Assembly: GCA_964016885.1 (NCBI GenBank)
Contig: OZ024744.1
Coordinates: 85,002,001 to 85,066,000, forward strand
DNA length: 64,000 nucleotides
DNA from: Eledone cirrhosa
Lineage: Eukaryota
Direction: 5' to 3'
Positions 36,090 through 48,221 of this stretch are shown piece after piece (position 1 is the first letter of the stretch; each line of letters begins with the position of its first letter). The position numbers and the translations under genes were made by a program. The notes beneath the pieces are model-generated. The model made no database searches and was not told the origin of the DNA. It saw only the letters and a list, made by a program, of their open reading frames with translations.

Positions 36090-37538
36090 ATATTTCTTTA
36101 TTTGCCACAGGGGCGTATAAAAATGGGACATTACAAGACGTGACGGCGGGGGTTTTACATAAAAATAACTTTAACATTAATAAATAATAAAAAACTAAAT
36201 ATAATACAACAATTGAAATCCCTAATAGGGGGGAACGTAACTGCAGGGTTGTTTTACACCCCGTGGATAGAACAACCTTCAACATCAGGAACACGTTTTG
36301 TAGGTCTTCTTGTCTTTCCTCTGTTTATCTTCCTCAACCTACAGGTTTATATACAGAGAATGCCCATTCACTCGGGCCATTTTCGCCACATTCACCCACC
36401 TTTCAGCGAATTTACTGGGATGTAGCACCTCTCTCTCCACTCTCACCTTCCTTCTGAAGTGGTACTTAAAGAAGGGGATAAGTTGTTGTCCGGAGAGAGA
36501 GATGTTTGCCCTCAGTCCTTTTAACCTCGTCCACCATATTACCTCTTTCCCCATAGCCACCAGACAGAGGATACCGCCTCTCCTTCATTCTTAAATGCTC
36601 GCATCTTGGACAGGTACTTTTGCAGGATCTCTGCCAGGGCGTCCGTGCCTGTATATTTTGTCTCGAACTGGTAGAGCTCCTCGGTAGCACTGCCAGGCCA
36701 GAGACCTCTGGAAGTTTTCCATAGGCCCTGGACGGAATGTCCTCCCGAACAGACTGCTCAGTTCGTCGTCCTCGATGCCTAGAGTTTCCCCGAGAACGTC
36801 GTCGCACTTATCCTCCACTAATCCCCTATAGAATGTCGAAGTGGAGTCTCCGCTGATTGCCGTTTCCGCTTGGTAGAGGGCTGTGAGCGCCTGAAGGCAC
36901 TCGAGGTTCCAGGCACCCATTTTCGGTCTTCGCTTGACCCAGGACTGCAGCTCTGTTAGTGAGATGAATTGTGGAAGAGCTTGTCTCACAAACGACAGAC
37001 ACACCAGTTCACCGGTCAGGAATACCTGGAGATGGCGTAGCCTCAGCGCGTGTTTGCGCATCGTCAGCCACGGCATGCCCAGCCCTCCGTTAGAAGGGTG
37101 TTGACAGCAGATGGATCTCCTCACAAATGGAGCCTGTTTCTTCCAGAGGAACTTGAAGATTAGACGTTCCATTTTGGTGAAGTATTTTCGGGGATAAGGC
37201 ACGACTGTCAAGCAGTAGTAGATGACGGACGCTATGTAAGTGTTCGCCACCTCCGCTCGACCTTTCAAGGAGAGTGGGCTGACTGCAAACACCTTTGCCG
37301 TGACCTCGTTCCAGTTCTTGTCCACCTGGAGGTCTGGACCAAACCAGACCCCGAGCAGTTTCACCGGTCCTTCCATCCAGCGTCCAGCGACACTGTCGGA
37401 AGGCAAGGGTTTGCCTCTCCATGTGCCGAGTTGCAAACCGACAGACTTGTTTGGGTTTAGTCTTGCTCCTGTCAACGTTTCGTATTCCTGTAATAGGTTG
37501 CCGATTACCCTGATTTCCGAGGTTTTCGACACCATCAC
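36090..37538 (-). mobile_element. Tx1/L1-like LINE, 5' truncated (late RT to 3' UTR)
   Basis: TGARLNPNKS..VKLLGVWFG..LSLKGRA..FKFLW..NGGLGMP..FQRSLAW..ALPVRDK, with tail GTGGCAAATAAAGAAAT. Confidence 0.88.
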
Positions 37539-38928
37539 GAGAAATGTAGAAAGAATGCTTTAGATTTAGAAAGAATCAGCAGTGTTATAAAAGAAAATCT
37601 TATCCTTGTTACCAACAGTTACCATAACTACTAAACCACCCTCGGGTACCCCCAATCCTCCATCCCAATCCTCCAGCATTTGCGCGACCACGTAAATGCT
37701 AAATTAATCATGGGTGATGTCTCGGCCGCAGTCAGAGTGGTTGCCTCAGAGGAAACTGTCCTCCAACCCACCGAGGAGGTCCTGGCTGCCCTGCGACTCA
37801 AGCACCCTGACCCACCCGCTGATCTTAGACCCATACCCCTACCCGACCCCACTTGCTCCTTGTGGCTTCTGATGCAGACATCATGTCCGCCATCAAGTCC
37901 TTCCCAGCTAGCAGCAGCGGAGGTGCTGATGGTCTCCGACCAGGCCACCTCAAGGAGCTGCTATCCCCCCTCTCCGCCGAGCCGGGCGCCGCCTTCTGAG
38001 TCCAATTGTGGCGCTCACCAATAAGCTCATCCATGGTACCCTGGACCCTCACGCCCGAGGCCTCTTTTTTTCGGCTAGCCTGACCGCTTCCAAGAAGAAA
38101 GAGGGTGGCATACGCCCCATCACTGTGGGAAATGTCTTCCGGAGGCTGGCTGCCAAGGTGGTCTGCAGGTCCATAACACCCGAACTGGTGAGGAGTTCAG
38201 TCCGGTGCAACTGGGTGTCGGCGTGTCCGGTGACTGTGATGGATCCACACATGCAACTAGGCAGTTCTTCAACAGCTGCCCATCGGAACCGGCATCCAGG
38301 GGCTCCAGGCACCTCGTTGTCAAGCTTGACATTAGGAATGCCTTCAACTGCTTACGCTGGGGCTATCTGCTCGATGCCTGCCTCATCCGAGCCCCCTCTG
38401 CCTACCCGCTGGACTATCTGTCGTATGGAGCCCCGAGCCTGCTCATTGCTGCTACGTTGGGTAGGACCGACCAGACTGTCTGCCATGACCTACAATCGGT
38501 GATTCCTGCCCTGGTGGCAATAGGCATCCAGGTCAACTCGGCCAAATCGGAGGGGGTGAATGTCAGCCATGATGCTGAGAGCTTTGCAGCCTCCGTCTCG
38601 GACGTGCGGTCCATTCTCCACCAAGTGCAGGTGACCCCCAAAGTGGATGTCCTCATATTCGGGTACTTGAGTCGCAGGGCAGCCAGGAGCTCCTCGGTGG
38701 GTTGGAGGACAGTTTCCTCTGAGGCAACCACTCTGACTGCGGCCGAGACATCACCCATGATTAATTTAGCATTTACGTTGTCGCGCAAATGCTGGCCTCA
38801 GGGGTGGAGGATTGGGGGTACCCGAGGGTGGTTTAGTAGTCATGGTATCTGTTGGTAACAAGGATAAGATTTTCTTTTATATCACTGCTGATTCTTTCTA
38901 AATCTAAAGCATTCTTTCTACATCTCTC
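37539..38928 (+). mobile_element. CRE-clade RT fragment enclosed by ~270-bp inverted repeats
   Basis: GGADGLRPGHL, KKEGGIRPITVGNVFRRLAAK, QLGVG and VKLDIRNAFN. Arms are 37539-37807 and 38661-38928. Confidence 0.8.
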
Positions 38929-38936
38929 TCTCGCTA

Positions 38937-39034
<98 letters not shown>

Positions 39035-39111
39035 GCTCGCTCTCCCCCCTCTCTCTCTCCATCTCATTCTCTCGCTCTCTCTCTATCTATCTCTATTATC
39101 TCTCTCTCTCC

Positions 39112-39171
<60 letters not shown>

Positions 39172-39219
39172 TCGCTCTCTCTCATTTTATTTCTCCTCCC
39201 CCCTCTCTCTCTCTCATTC

Positions 39220-39250
<31 letters not shown>

Positions 39251-39282
39251 CTATATATAATTAGAATTTTATTTCTCTCTCT

Positions 39283-39417
<135 letters not shown>

Positions 39418-39430
39418 TGGTAGAGATAGG

Positions 39431-39503
<73 letters not shown>

Positions 39504-39854
39504 CGAGAGAGAGAGAGGGGGGGGGGGAGAACAGACAGAGACACGCACAGAGAAAGATTGCGAAGTTGCATCGCTGACACCAATTGCACATCTTAGAAAT
39601 CTTCTTCATTTGACTGCTGTGTTTGTTTTGTGTAAAGGTAGTAAGTAGTTTCAGAAGAATCTCTGTAATTCGATCTCTTCGTTTCTGAATGATGCGTGGG
39701 TGTTGCACACGACTTACTGTAAATGCATTGCTTCCAAGTCAAGATAACGAGAAAAACTTCTATATAGTCGCACGAATTGCTAGAAATAGCAGCCAAAATT
39801 ATACCCAGTCACGCCTTAAATCTTAAATCACGATTTTTTTTTCTTCTTTGAGTA

Positions 39855-39945
<91 letters not shown>

Positions 39946-40064
39946 CTTTATTAGCCACAAGGGCGCACAAGAAAAGGGGACAATACAAAGACATGCCGGG
40001 GATTTTACATACAATATATTATATATGTCACTGCATACTTTAGAATATCTTATATTTTCACTAG

Positions 40065-40101
<37 letters not shown>

Positions 40102-40227
40102 GTGTGTGTGTGTGTGTGTGTGCAAAAGGTAAACAGAAATAACAATACAATCGGTACAGTATATGGAAGTATATGGAAGTATATGGTACAGTATATTAGG
40201 TTAACGCTTGATATAGCAGGAAGAGGG

Positions 40228-40263
40228 TCTTAACGTTTTCGACGTTAGTCCTTCATCAGAAGA
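40228..40263 (-). ncRNA. Hammerhead motif of the 19902 family
   Basis: tctt-CTGATGA-agGAC taac GTC-GAAAAC-GTT-aaga, slightly degenerate. Confidence 0.55.
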
Positions 40264-40657
40264 AATAATTAGAAATAAGATAGATTGAGGGGACGGGCGG
40301 GATGAAATTGGAAAACACGTCTTTAGATAAAAATAACAGGTCCATTCATGTTGACATCTCTTGCAAAACTGTTGGTGCTGGCGTTTTGTGTATGATTTAT
40401 TTTTTTAGAAAAGTATATGATGGAAAAAAAAAAACGTTTTGTAAAAAGAGCTATACTTGAGAGCGTGCGTTAGCATGTGTTTGTGTGTGTGTGTGTTTTA
40501 TGTAATAAACAACATAAGACAATTATTTCATTTACCAAAGGTTTCACGAAGACAGACGTGCTTGACACAGACAGTCGTCTGAAATCCTTATGTAGTTTAT
40601 TACATAACTAAATAGCTCTGTAGCCTCCATAGAGCACTCTCCTTTCCTTTATCTTTC

Positions 40658-40725
<68 letters not shown>

Positions 40726-40810
40726 ATAATAATAATAATAATAATAGATTTGAAGACTAAAATCCAAAGAGGGCAGCGCTTCTTTGCTTAAACTTTAATC
40801 TGTTATTTTA

Positions 40811-40954
<144 letters not shown>

Positions 40955-41389
40955 GTGTGTGTAAAGTGCATAAAAGAAAAAAAAAGTATATCGTCTATTT
41001 AGTCTATTTACAAAGAAATGAATAAAATGTCTTAGGAATGGAATAAAGTGGTTCCATTATTGAGAACATGCTTATCAGACTAGTGACGCCATCAAAAAGG
41101 ATTGTAGTAAAAAAAAAGAAAAAACCGGAACTATCAACTTGTTCATGACAACCTGCATGATATAAGACAGACATTTCAATATATAAGATCCACCCTTATT
41201 TTAGAAAGTAAATGTTTTAAAAAAGAAAAAAGAAAAAAAAGATTGTAGTAGTATTTAAGATTTAAGATGTCTACTTATATAATTAAAGTTTCTGAGTTGT
41301 CTCCCTTGTTTTCTTAACTCTGTAAAAGATATTAAGTAACTCTCAGGTCTTGAATAATAATCACGCCCACCCCGCTTGTTAATTTTTCA

Positions 41390-41712
41390 GCACCCCTACC
41401 CACACACACACATACACACACACCGCTTATAGTCCAACCTCTCCCTACACACACACCACTTATATCCCCCCCCCCGCCACACCGCTTATATTCCAACCTA
41501 GCCCTCCCCCACACCGCTTATATTCCAACCTACCCCCCACATCATTTATATTCCAACCTACCCCTCACCCCACGCCATTTATATTCCAACCTACCCCCCA
41601 CACACCGCTTATATTCCAACCTACCCCCCACATCATTTATATTCCAACCTACCCCCCACACACCGCTTATATTGCAACCTACCCCTCCACACGCCCCTTA
41701 TATTCCATACCC
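41390..41712. repeat. C-rich minisatellite, ~29-33-bp unit
   Basis: CACACCGCTTATATTCCAACCTACCCCC variants. Confidence 0.9.
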
Positions 41713-41919
41713 ACCCATCAACCTGCTAATTAAATTTTGCTAATCTCTCTCCGGCGAGATTTTATTGTAAGTGATTCATATTGATACAGCAGCTGGAGAA
41801 TCTAATAGTTGTTTCCACATTTGGCACAAGGCCAGCAATTACCCAGTACATTACTGGTACTTTAACACCGCCAACAACACAATCGCCACCTCCTATCAAC
41901 CCCTATATACATATATATA

Positions 41920-42135
41920 TCGTCAGTCGATCGACGTTTCGTTAAATCGGACCGAGGAAACAATGCTTCCATTGGTATTTCCAATTGCTAATACTATCTA
42001 TCGGTCGCAATTCCAGGTAGAAGGTATAACGTGAAATAGAATGTCTTCATCATGGACATAACGCATCGCCCAGTGCGGGTATTGAGCTCACAACCTCACG
42101 ATTTCGAATCCAAGTCTCTAACTACACAGCCACGT
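41920..42135 (-). mobile_element. SINE family B
   Basis: Reverse-complement match to 3440-3660. Confidence 0.78.
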
Positions 42136-42324
42136 GAAATATTAATATATTCAACTATAATAAAGTCGATCACGAATTAACGGTTAAAAAATACCCCAGA
42201 AGCCCCAAAAGCAAAAAGCAGCAAAAAAACAACAAAAACAACTGCGGCTTCAAACTCAATCTTGTTAATGGCTCTACATTAATTGAAATTTGCAAAGCTT
42301 GCTCGAATAAATAGGATATTAATA

Positions 42325-42963
42325 TTTGTTTCTACTTTAGGCACAAGGCCAGCAATAACCCAGTTCATTACTGGTACTTTATTTTATCGACCCCGTAAGG
42401 ATGAAAGGCAAAGTCAACCTCGGCGGGATTTGAACTCAGATCGTAAAGGGACGTAAGTATGCTGGAAAGCATGGCGTGGTGATGGATTACCAGAATCAGT
42501 AGAGCGTCGGACCTTTACGTTCTGATTTCAAATCCCACCGAGGTTATCTTTGCCTTTCATCCTTACGGGGTCGATAAAGTAAAGTACCAGTCACGCACTG
42601 AGGTCGATTTCATCGATTTTTCCCCATCCCCCAAATTGTTGGCCTTGTGCCTAAAGTAGAAACAATATTAGTGATGTATCGATAAGCAAATCGGACTTAA
42701 ACTTAATTCATCGGCTGATACCGATTAGTTGGCCGCCGATTATCTATAATGTAATTATGCAAATGCATATTATAATTAATTGTTTCTACTTAAGGCACAA
42801 GGCCAGCAATTACCCAGTGCATTACTGGTACTTTATTTTATCGACCCCGTAAGGATGAAAGGCAAAGTTAACCGCGGCGGGATTTGAACTCAGATCGTAA
42901 AGGGACGTAACTATACTGGAAAGCATGGCGTTCGACCCTCTACCGATACTGCCAATCCACCGC
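42325..42963. mobile_element. Three SINE family A copies (-, +, -)
   Basis: 42325-42478 minus, 42478-42667 plus (variant), 42778-42963 minus. Confidence 0.85.
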
Positions 42964-43579
42964 ATATTATAATTAATAATTGTTAGAAATATATGGAAAT
43001 ATTTTGTAATTAATCACAATTATGGATGTTACTATTTGAGAGTACATGACTACAAAATTAGGCTAATTTTATCGTAGGCAGTAACAAGCCTGCAAAAAAA
43101 GAAGAGAAAAGAATTTTTTTTAAAAATCGGTTGTGCTCTAAAGATAGATAAATTTTGATATAGTTATATTGTTAAATACGAATTCTTAATCATGATCATT
43201 AAATTATATATCTTTTTGTTTGAATAAATTAAGATAACTGATAAATATTTGAATACCTTTAAATAAACATATAATCGGAATTTTTATAATTTTTAAATTA
43301 ATTCCATTTTTAAAAGACCAAATAAACATAAATCTTCTAAGGTAGATTTGAGGATCTCTCTTCCTTTTTGAGAATTTTTAACATACAGGGAGTTACGTCC
43401 CCTGGGTAGTCTCAAGTAATTTCCAGTCGCGTATTCAAACACTAGGAACACAGTGGTGGACTTAGATTGTGTGTCCTGGGAAATAGAATACGTTTCTTAT
43501 ATATTTCTATGTTAAATCCTGTGTTTTTCTGAGTTTCTCTGTGACTCGTGGTTTTCTTGCTCCAAAACAGTAATCAATC

Positions 43580-43585
43580 AATCAC

Positions 43586-43675
<90 letters not shown>

Positions 43676-43715
43676 AATCAGCATAATCATCATCATCATC
43701 ATCATCATCATCACC

Positions 43716-43747
<32 letters not shown>

Positions 43748-43830
43748 CATCATTTTACGTCCGCTTTTCCTTGCTTGTACGGGTGGGACGGATCCTCTTC
43801 AGCACAGCATCTCTCCATTTGTCGCGGATT
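43580..43830 (-). mobile_element. Probable RTE-type 3' terminus with (GAT)n tail
   Basis: Minus strand ends CCGTCCCACCCGTACAAGCAAGGAAAAGCGGACGTAAAA(TGA)n. Confidence 0.5.
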
Positions 43831-44309
43831 ATCAAAACTTATTAATCGGCAAAATCTCTGATAAGGTCGAAACCAATTAATCGGTGCAACTCTAGTTAAA
43901 TCAGATAAATTCAAAATGCTAGATGACAATTCAAAATGAAGGCGATATTGAGGAAAGTTGGAATTGCTAGGAGAGGAATGTGTAACCTGAGTTTCTGAGA
44001 ACCACTGGAATAGGCGGAAAAAAGGTGTGTCTGTGGGGGGGGGGGGGAGCAATAGATATATTGGAATACAGAAATAGAGAGATAGATAGGGGAGGAGAGA
44101 AAATGGAAGGAAGTGTGAGGAAAGAAAGAGATGGGTGGGTTTGTGAGGAAAAAAGAAGCGGGAGAAATATAATAAAGAGTAGAGACAAAGAAACAGAGAG
44201 ACACATACACATATACACACACACACACATACACACATACACACACGCGCACACATACACACACACATATATATATATATATAGAGAGTGATATAGATAT
44301 ATAAATAGA

Positions 44310-44455
<146 letters not shown>

Positions 44456-45096
44456 TCAAAGGCATATATATATGTAATTAGACATAGTCACAGATACATA
44501 TATGAGTTTGGCTACCTTTCACGGTGTGGCTCAATGAAGAATTAATTAAGCAAATAATCATTAATCAGAGCTATATATAATATTGCAAGTTTGAAGAACC
44601 ATTAGATAAAATATATACAGTATTTCCTCTTCCTAGTCCGTAGAAATCAACCATATAAAAAATCATTTAAACGAAGCTATAAGTTTAAAATGTAACTATG
44701 AAGAAACAATAGACAAATGATACAGACTATCTTTCGCGATGTACAGCCATATAAAATTTATCTCGTTATTTCTTTTAGTTTGTAGAAATTGACTACACAA
44801 ATAATTAACTACACGGGGTTAGGTACAAAATAGAAGTTTGAAAAAAAAATGCACATAAACTTTACCATAATTCCTCTAGTCACGACTACCGGTAGTTTCG
44901 TACCATTTTTCCATGGTAGAAAACTTAGTCCAGACTGGGGCGTCTCCTGATGAGTTCCAAGCCTCGTGGATAGATCCAAGATCGGGTATAATCCCAAAAA
45001 TGATCCGCTAAGGTGAAACAATTGTTCTCGGTATGGTGAACTAACTGTTGTGTAACCACTTCTATATATATATATATATATAAAAAGAGAGAGAGA

Positions 45097-45166
<70 letters not shown>

Positions 45167-45989
45167 GAGAGAGAGAGAGAAAGAGAGAGAGGTGGAGGGT
45201 AGCTTACATTAATATATGGAAGAGAAGGAAAAGATTAAGTTATGTTAAAGTAAGTGACCAAAGAACAGAGAATTTGGAAAGAGAAATGGAGAGAGTAGAA
45301 GGGAAAAGGGGAGTAAGAGAGCGAGGTAGAGAGGTTGAGAAGGAAAGAGAGAGAGAGAGAGGGAGGGAGAGAGAGAGAGAGAGAGAAAGAAAGAGAAAGA
45401 GAGAGATAGTGAGTGAGAAAGAAGGGGGAGAATGAGAAAGAGATGGAAGGTGAGAGACAAATATAGAGGCAAACATATAGATAAATATATCTGCAGATAT
45501 ATATATATATATATAGATAAATAGATGGGTAAACATTCTGTGTATAAGGTAAAACTATACTCGTGTATATAAGGTAAAATTATACTCGTGTATATGAGAT
45601 CTAATAGGTTTGTGGTTAAGCCCGTGGATGTGGAGACTTCTGACATTCTTCTCCTACCCCCTCCTGGACAACTGCTAACGGAACGAAGTTGGCTGCCTGC
45701 AAATACAAGCCCCGTGAGGAGCAGTGACTGTTCCAGCGCTTAACCCTCACCGTTTGCAGAAATACAAAAGCAACACCAATCGTCCATTTTCTTTTCCTTT
45801 GATTTATGGTCTCTTTGTTTTATCCTATTCCATTCTCACTAACCACTCGCATTTTTCGTGGCTTCATTGTCTTGCTTGGGGTGAACACACACACACACAC
45901 AAACGCATACATACACAGACACACACAGACACCCACACGCACTCACACACACACACCCTCTCGCTCTTTCTCTCACACACACACACACA

Positions 45990-46033
<44 letters not shown>

Positions 46034-46087
46034 TCTCTCATATTTCGAACCGGTGCCAGACTATTTGCAGAAAGTCAACTATTTTTT

Positions 46088-46193
<106 letters not shown>

Positions 46194-46414
46194 TCAAACA
46201 CACGCACACAATCGAGAACTTCAATTTTCAAAATCATGTTCTGTGCCTAGCCGTTATTTCGGAGATACGAAGTTCGATGCTTCACAGCGGCGGCTGTTAA
46301 CATTTTTTTCCGTCTCTAAGGGTCTTTACCGAATTTTTATAACCTATTTTATATGACTGACTGTATTTGCAGTTATATTCTATACCTGAGCTTCTTATAT
46401 CTTGAATCACCACG

Positions 46415-47105
46415 CTGACTGGCTGGATGGTTGACTGGCTGATTGGCTGGCTGACTGGTTGGCTGGTTTTGCTGGCTGGTTGGCTGGTTGGATGGTTGGC
46501 TGGTTTGATGGTTGGATGGTTGGCTGGTTGGCTGGTTGGCTGGTTGGCTGGATGGTTGGCTGGTTGGATGGTTGGATGGTTGGCTGGTTGGCTGGTTGGC
46601 TGGTTGGCTGGTTGGCTGGATGGTTGGCTGACTGGAGAGATGGAGGGATTGGATGGATGGATGGCTGGATGGATGGTTGACTGGTTGTTTGGTTGGCTGG
46701 TTTGCTGGCTGGTTGGATAGTTGGTTGGATGGCTGGTTGGCTGGTTGGCTGGTTGGCTGGTTGGTTGGATGGTTGGATGGTTGGTTGGTTGGCTGGTAGC
46801 CTGGTTGGTTGGCTGGCTAGTTGTTTCCTGGTTGGCTGGCTAGCTGGTTGGCTGGTTGGTTGGTTGGCTGGCTAGCTGGGTGGTTGGTTGGTTGGTTGGT
46901 TAGCTGGCTGCTGCTTGGTTGGTTGGCTGGAGTGTTGGTTGGTTAGCTGGCTGGTTGGTTGGCTAGCTGGTTGGTTAGCTGGCTGGTTGGTTGGCTGACT
47001 GGTTGGTTGGTTGGTTGGTTGGCTGGTTGGTTGGTTGGTTGGCTGGTTGGCTGGTTTTTGTTTGGTTAACTGGCTGGTTGGTTGGTTGGCTGGTTGGTTG
47101 GTTAA
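46415..47105. repeat. (GGTT/GGCT/GGAT)n compound microsatellite
   Basis: Visible directly in the sequence. Confidence 0.92.
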
Positions 47106-47192
47106 TTGGTGGTTCGAAATACTCAGACTTGTCGCTTATTTCATGGTTTGCATATGTACGAGTTTTCTCCCTTACATTATTGACTAACGTAG

Positions 47193-47385
47193 TGGGCGGT
47201 GAATTGGCAGTATCGGTAGAGAGTCGGACACCATGCTTTGAAGCATAGAGTTACGTCCCTTTATGATCTGAGTTCAAGTCCCGCCGAGGTTAACTTTGCC
47301 TTTCATCCTTACGGGGTCGATGAAATTAAGTACCAGTAATGTACTGGTTAATTGCTGGCCTTGTGCCAAAAATAGAAACAATTAT
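47193..47385 (+). mobile_element. SINE family A with target-site duplication
   Basis: Full copy flanked on both sides by ATTATTGACTAACGTAGT. Confidence 0.9.
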
Positions 47386-48029
47386 TGACTAACGTAGTTG
47401 CAGTTCTTCCTGTTAAGAAATTATTTCGAAAACAGATTTTCACACAGACGAACACATACATAAAATCACACACACACATACATACACACACAGACACACT
47501 CACACACACACACACACACATACACACACACAATCATACATACACACAAAACGTACTGAAATAGTGTTTCTTATGGAATGGTAATGGGGTGTTTGTGGGT
47601 GTAGAGAACTTATGGGAGTAGGGAAGTGTGTGGAAGTGGGGGCATTTGCGGGAGTTAGAACCTATTGGTATTGGTGGCGTATAGGTGTTGGCGGGGATTG
47701 ACAAAATTGATATATTTAAAATAATTAGAATTTCATTTTTATAACCAAATGTTAATATAGCCAACCAAAATGTTTTGCGGTGTTTAGTTACGACTTTCTA
47801 ACGTTCTGAGTTCAAACCCCACTGAGGTCATCTTTGCCTTTCGTCCTTACGGGGTTGATAAAATAAAGGACCAGTAACGCACTGGCGTGTGACAGCGCAA
47901 TACTTTTGAACTACACTTTCAGTTAATCTTATTGGCTTCCACGTGTTTTCTCTCTACTATCTATTCACCAATTTCACTCACCACAAAGTCTGGGTCGACT
48001 GGAGACAAATAATAATAATAATAATAATA

Positions 48030-48210
48030 ATAATTGTTTCTACTTTAGGCACAAGGCCAGCAATTACCCAGTACATTACTGGTACTTTATTTTATCGACC
48101 CCGTAAGGATGAAAGGCAAAGTCAACCTCGGCGGGATTTGAACTCAGATCGTAAAGGGACGTAACTATGCTGGAAAGCATGGCGTCCGACCCTCTACCGA
48201 TACTGCCAAT
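48030..48210 (-). mobile_element. SINE family A
   Basis: Full reverse-complement copy inside (TAA)n. Confidence 0.9.
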
Positions 48211-48221
48211 AATAATAATGG

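Noticed and set aside
39540-39760. Host exon
   Set aside because: The sequence is unique-looking, but there is no consistent splice-site pair or recognisable peptide.
45640-45750. HDV-like ribozyme on the minus strand (TCCTCAC loop)
   Set aside because: P3 and P1 pairings could not be formed.
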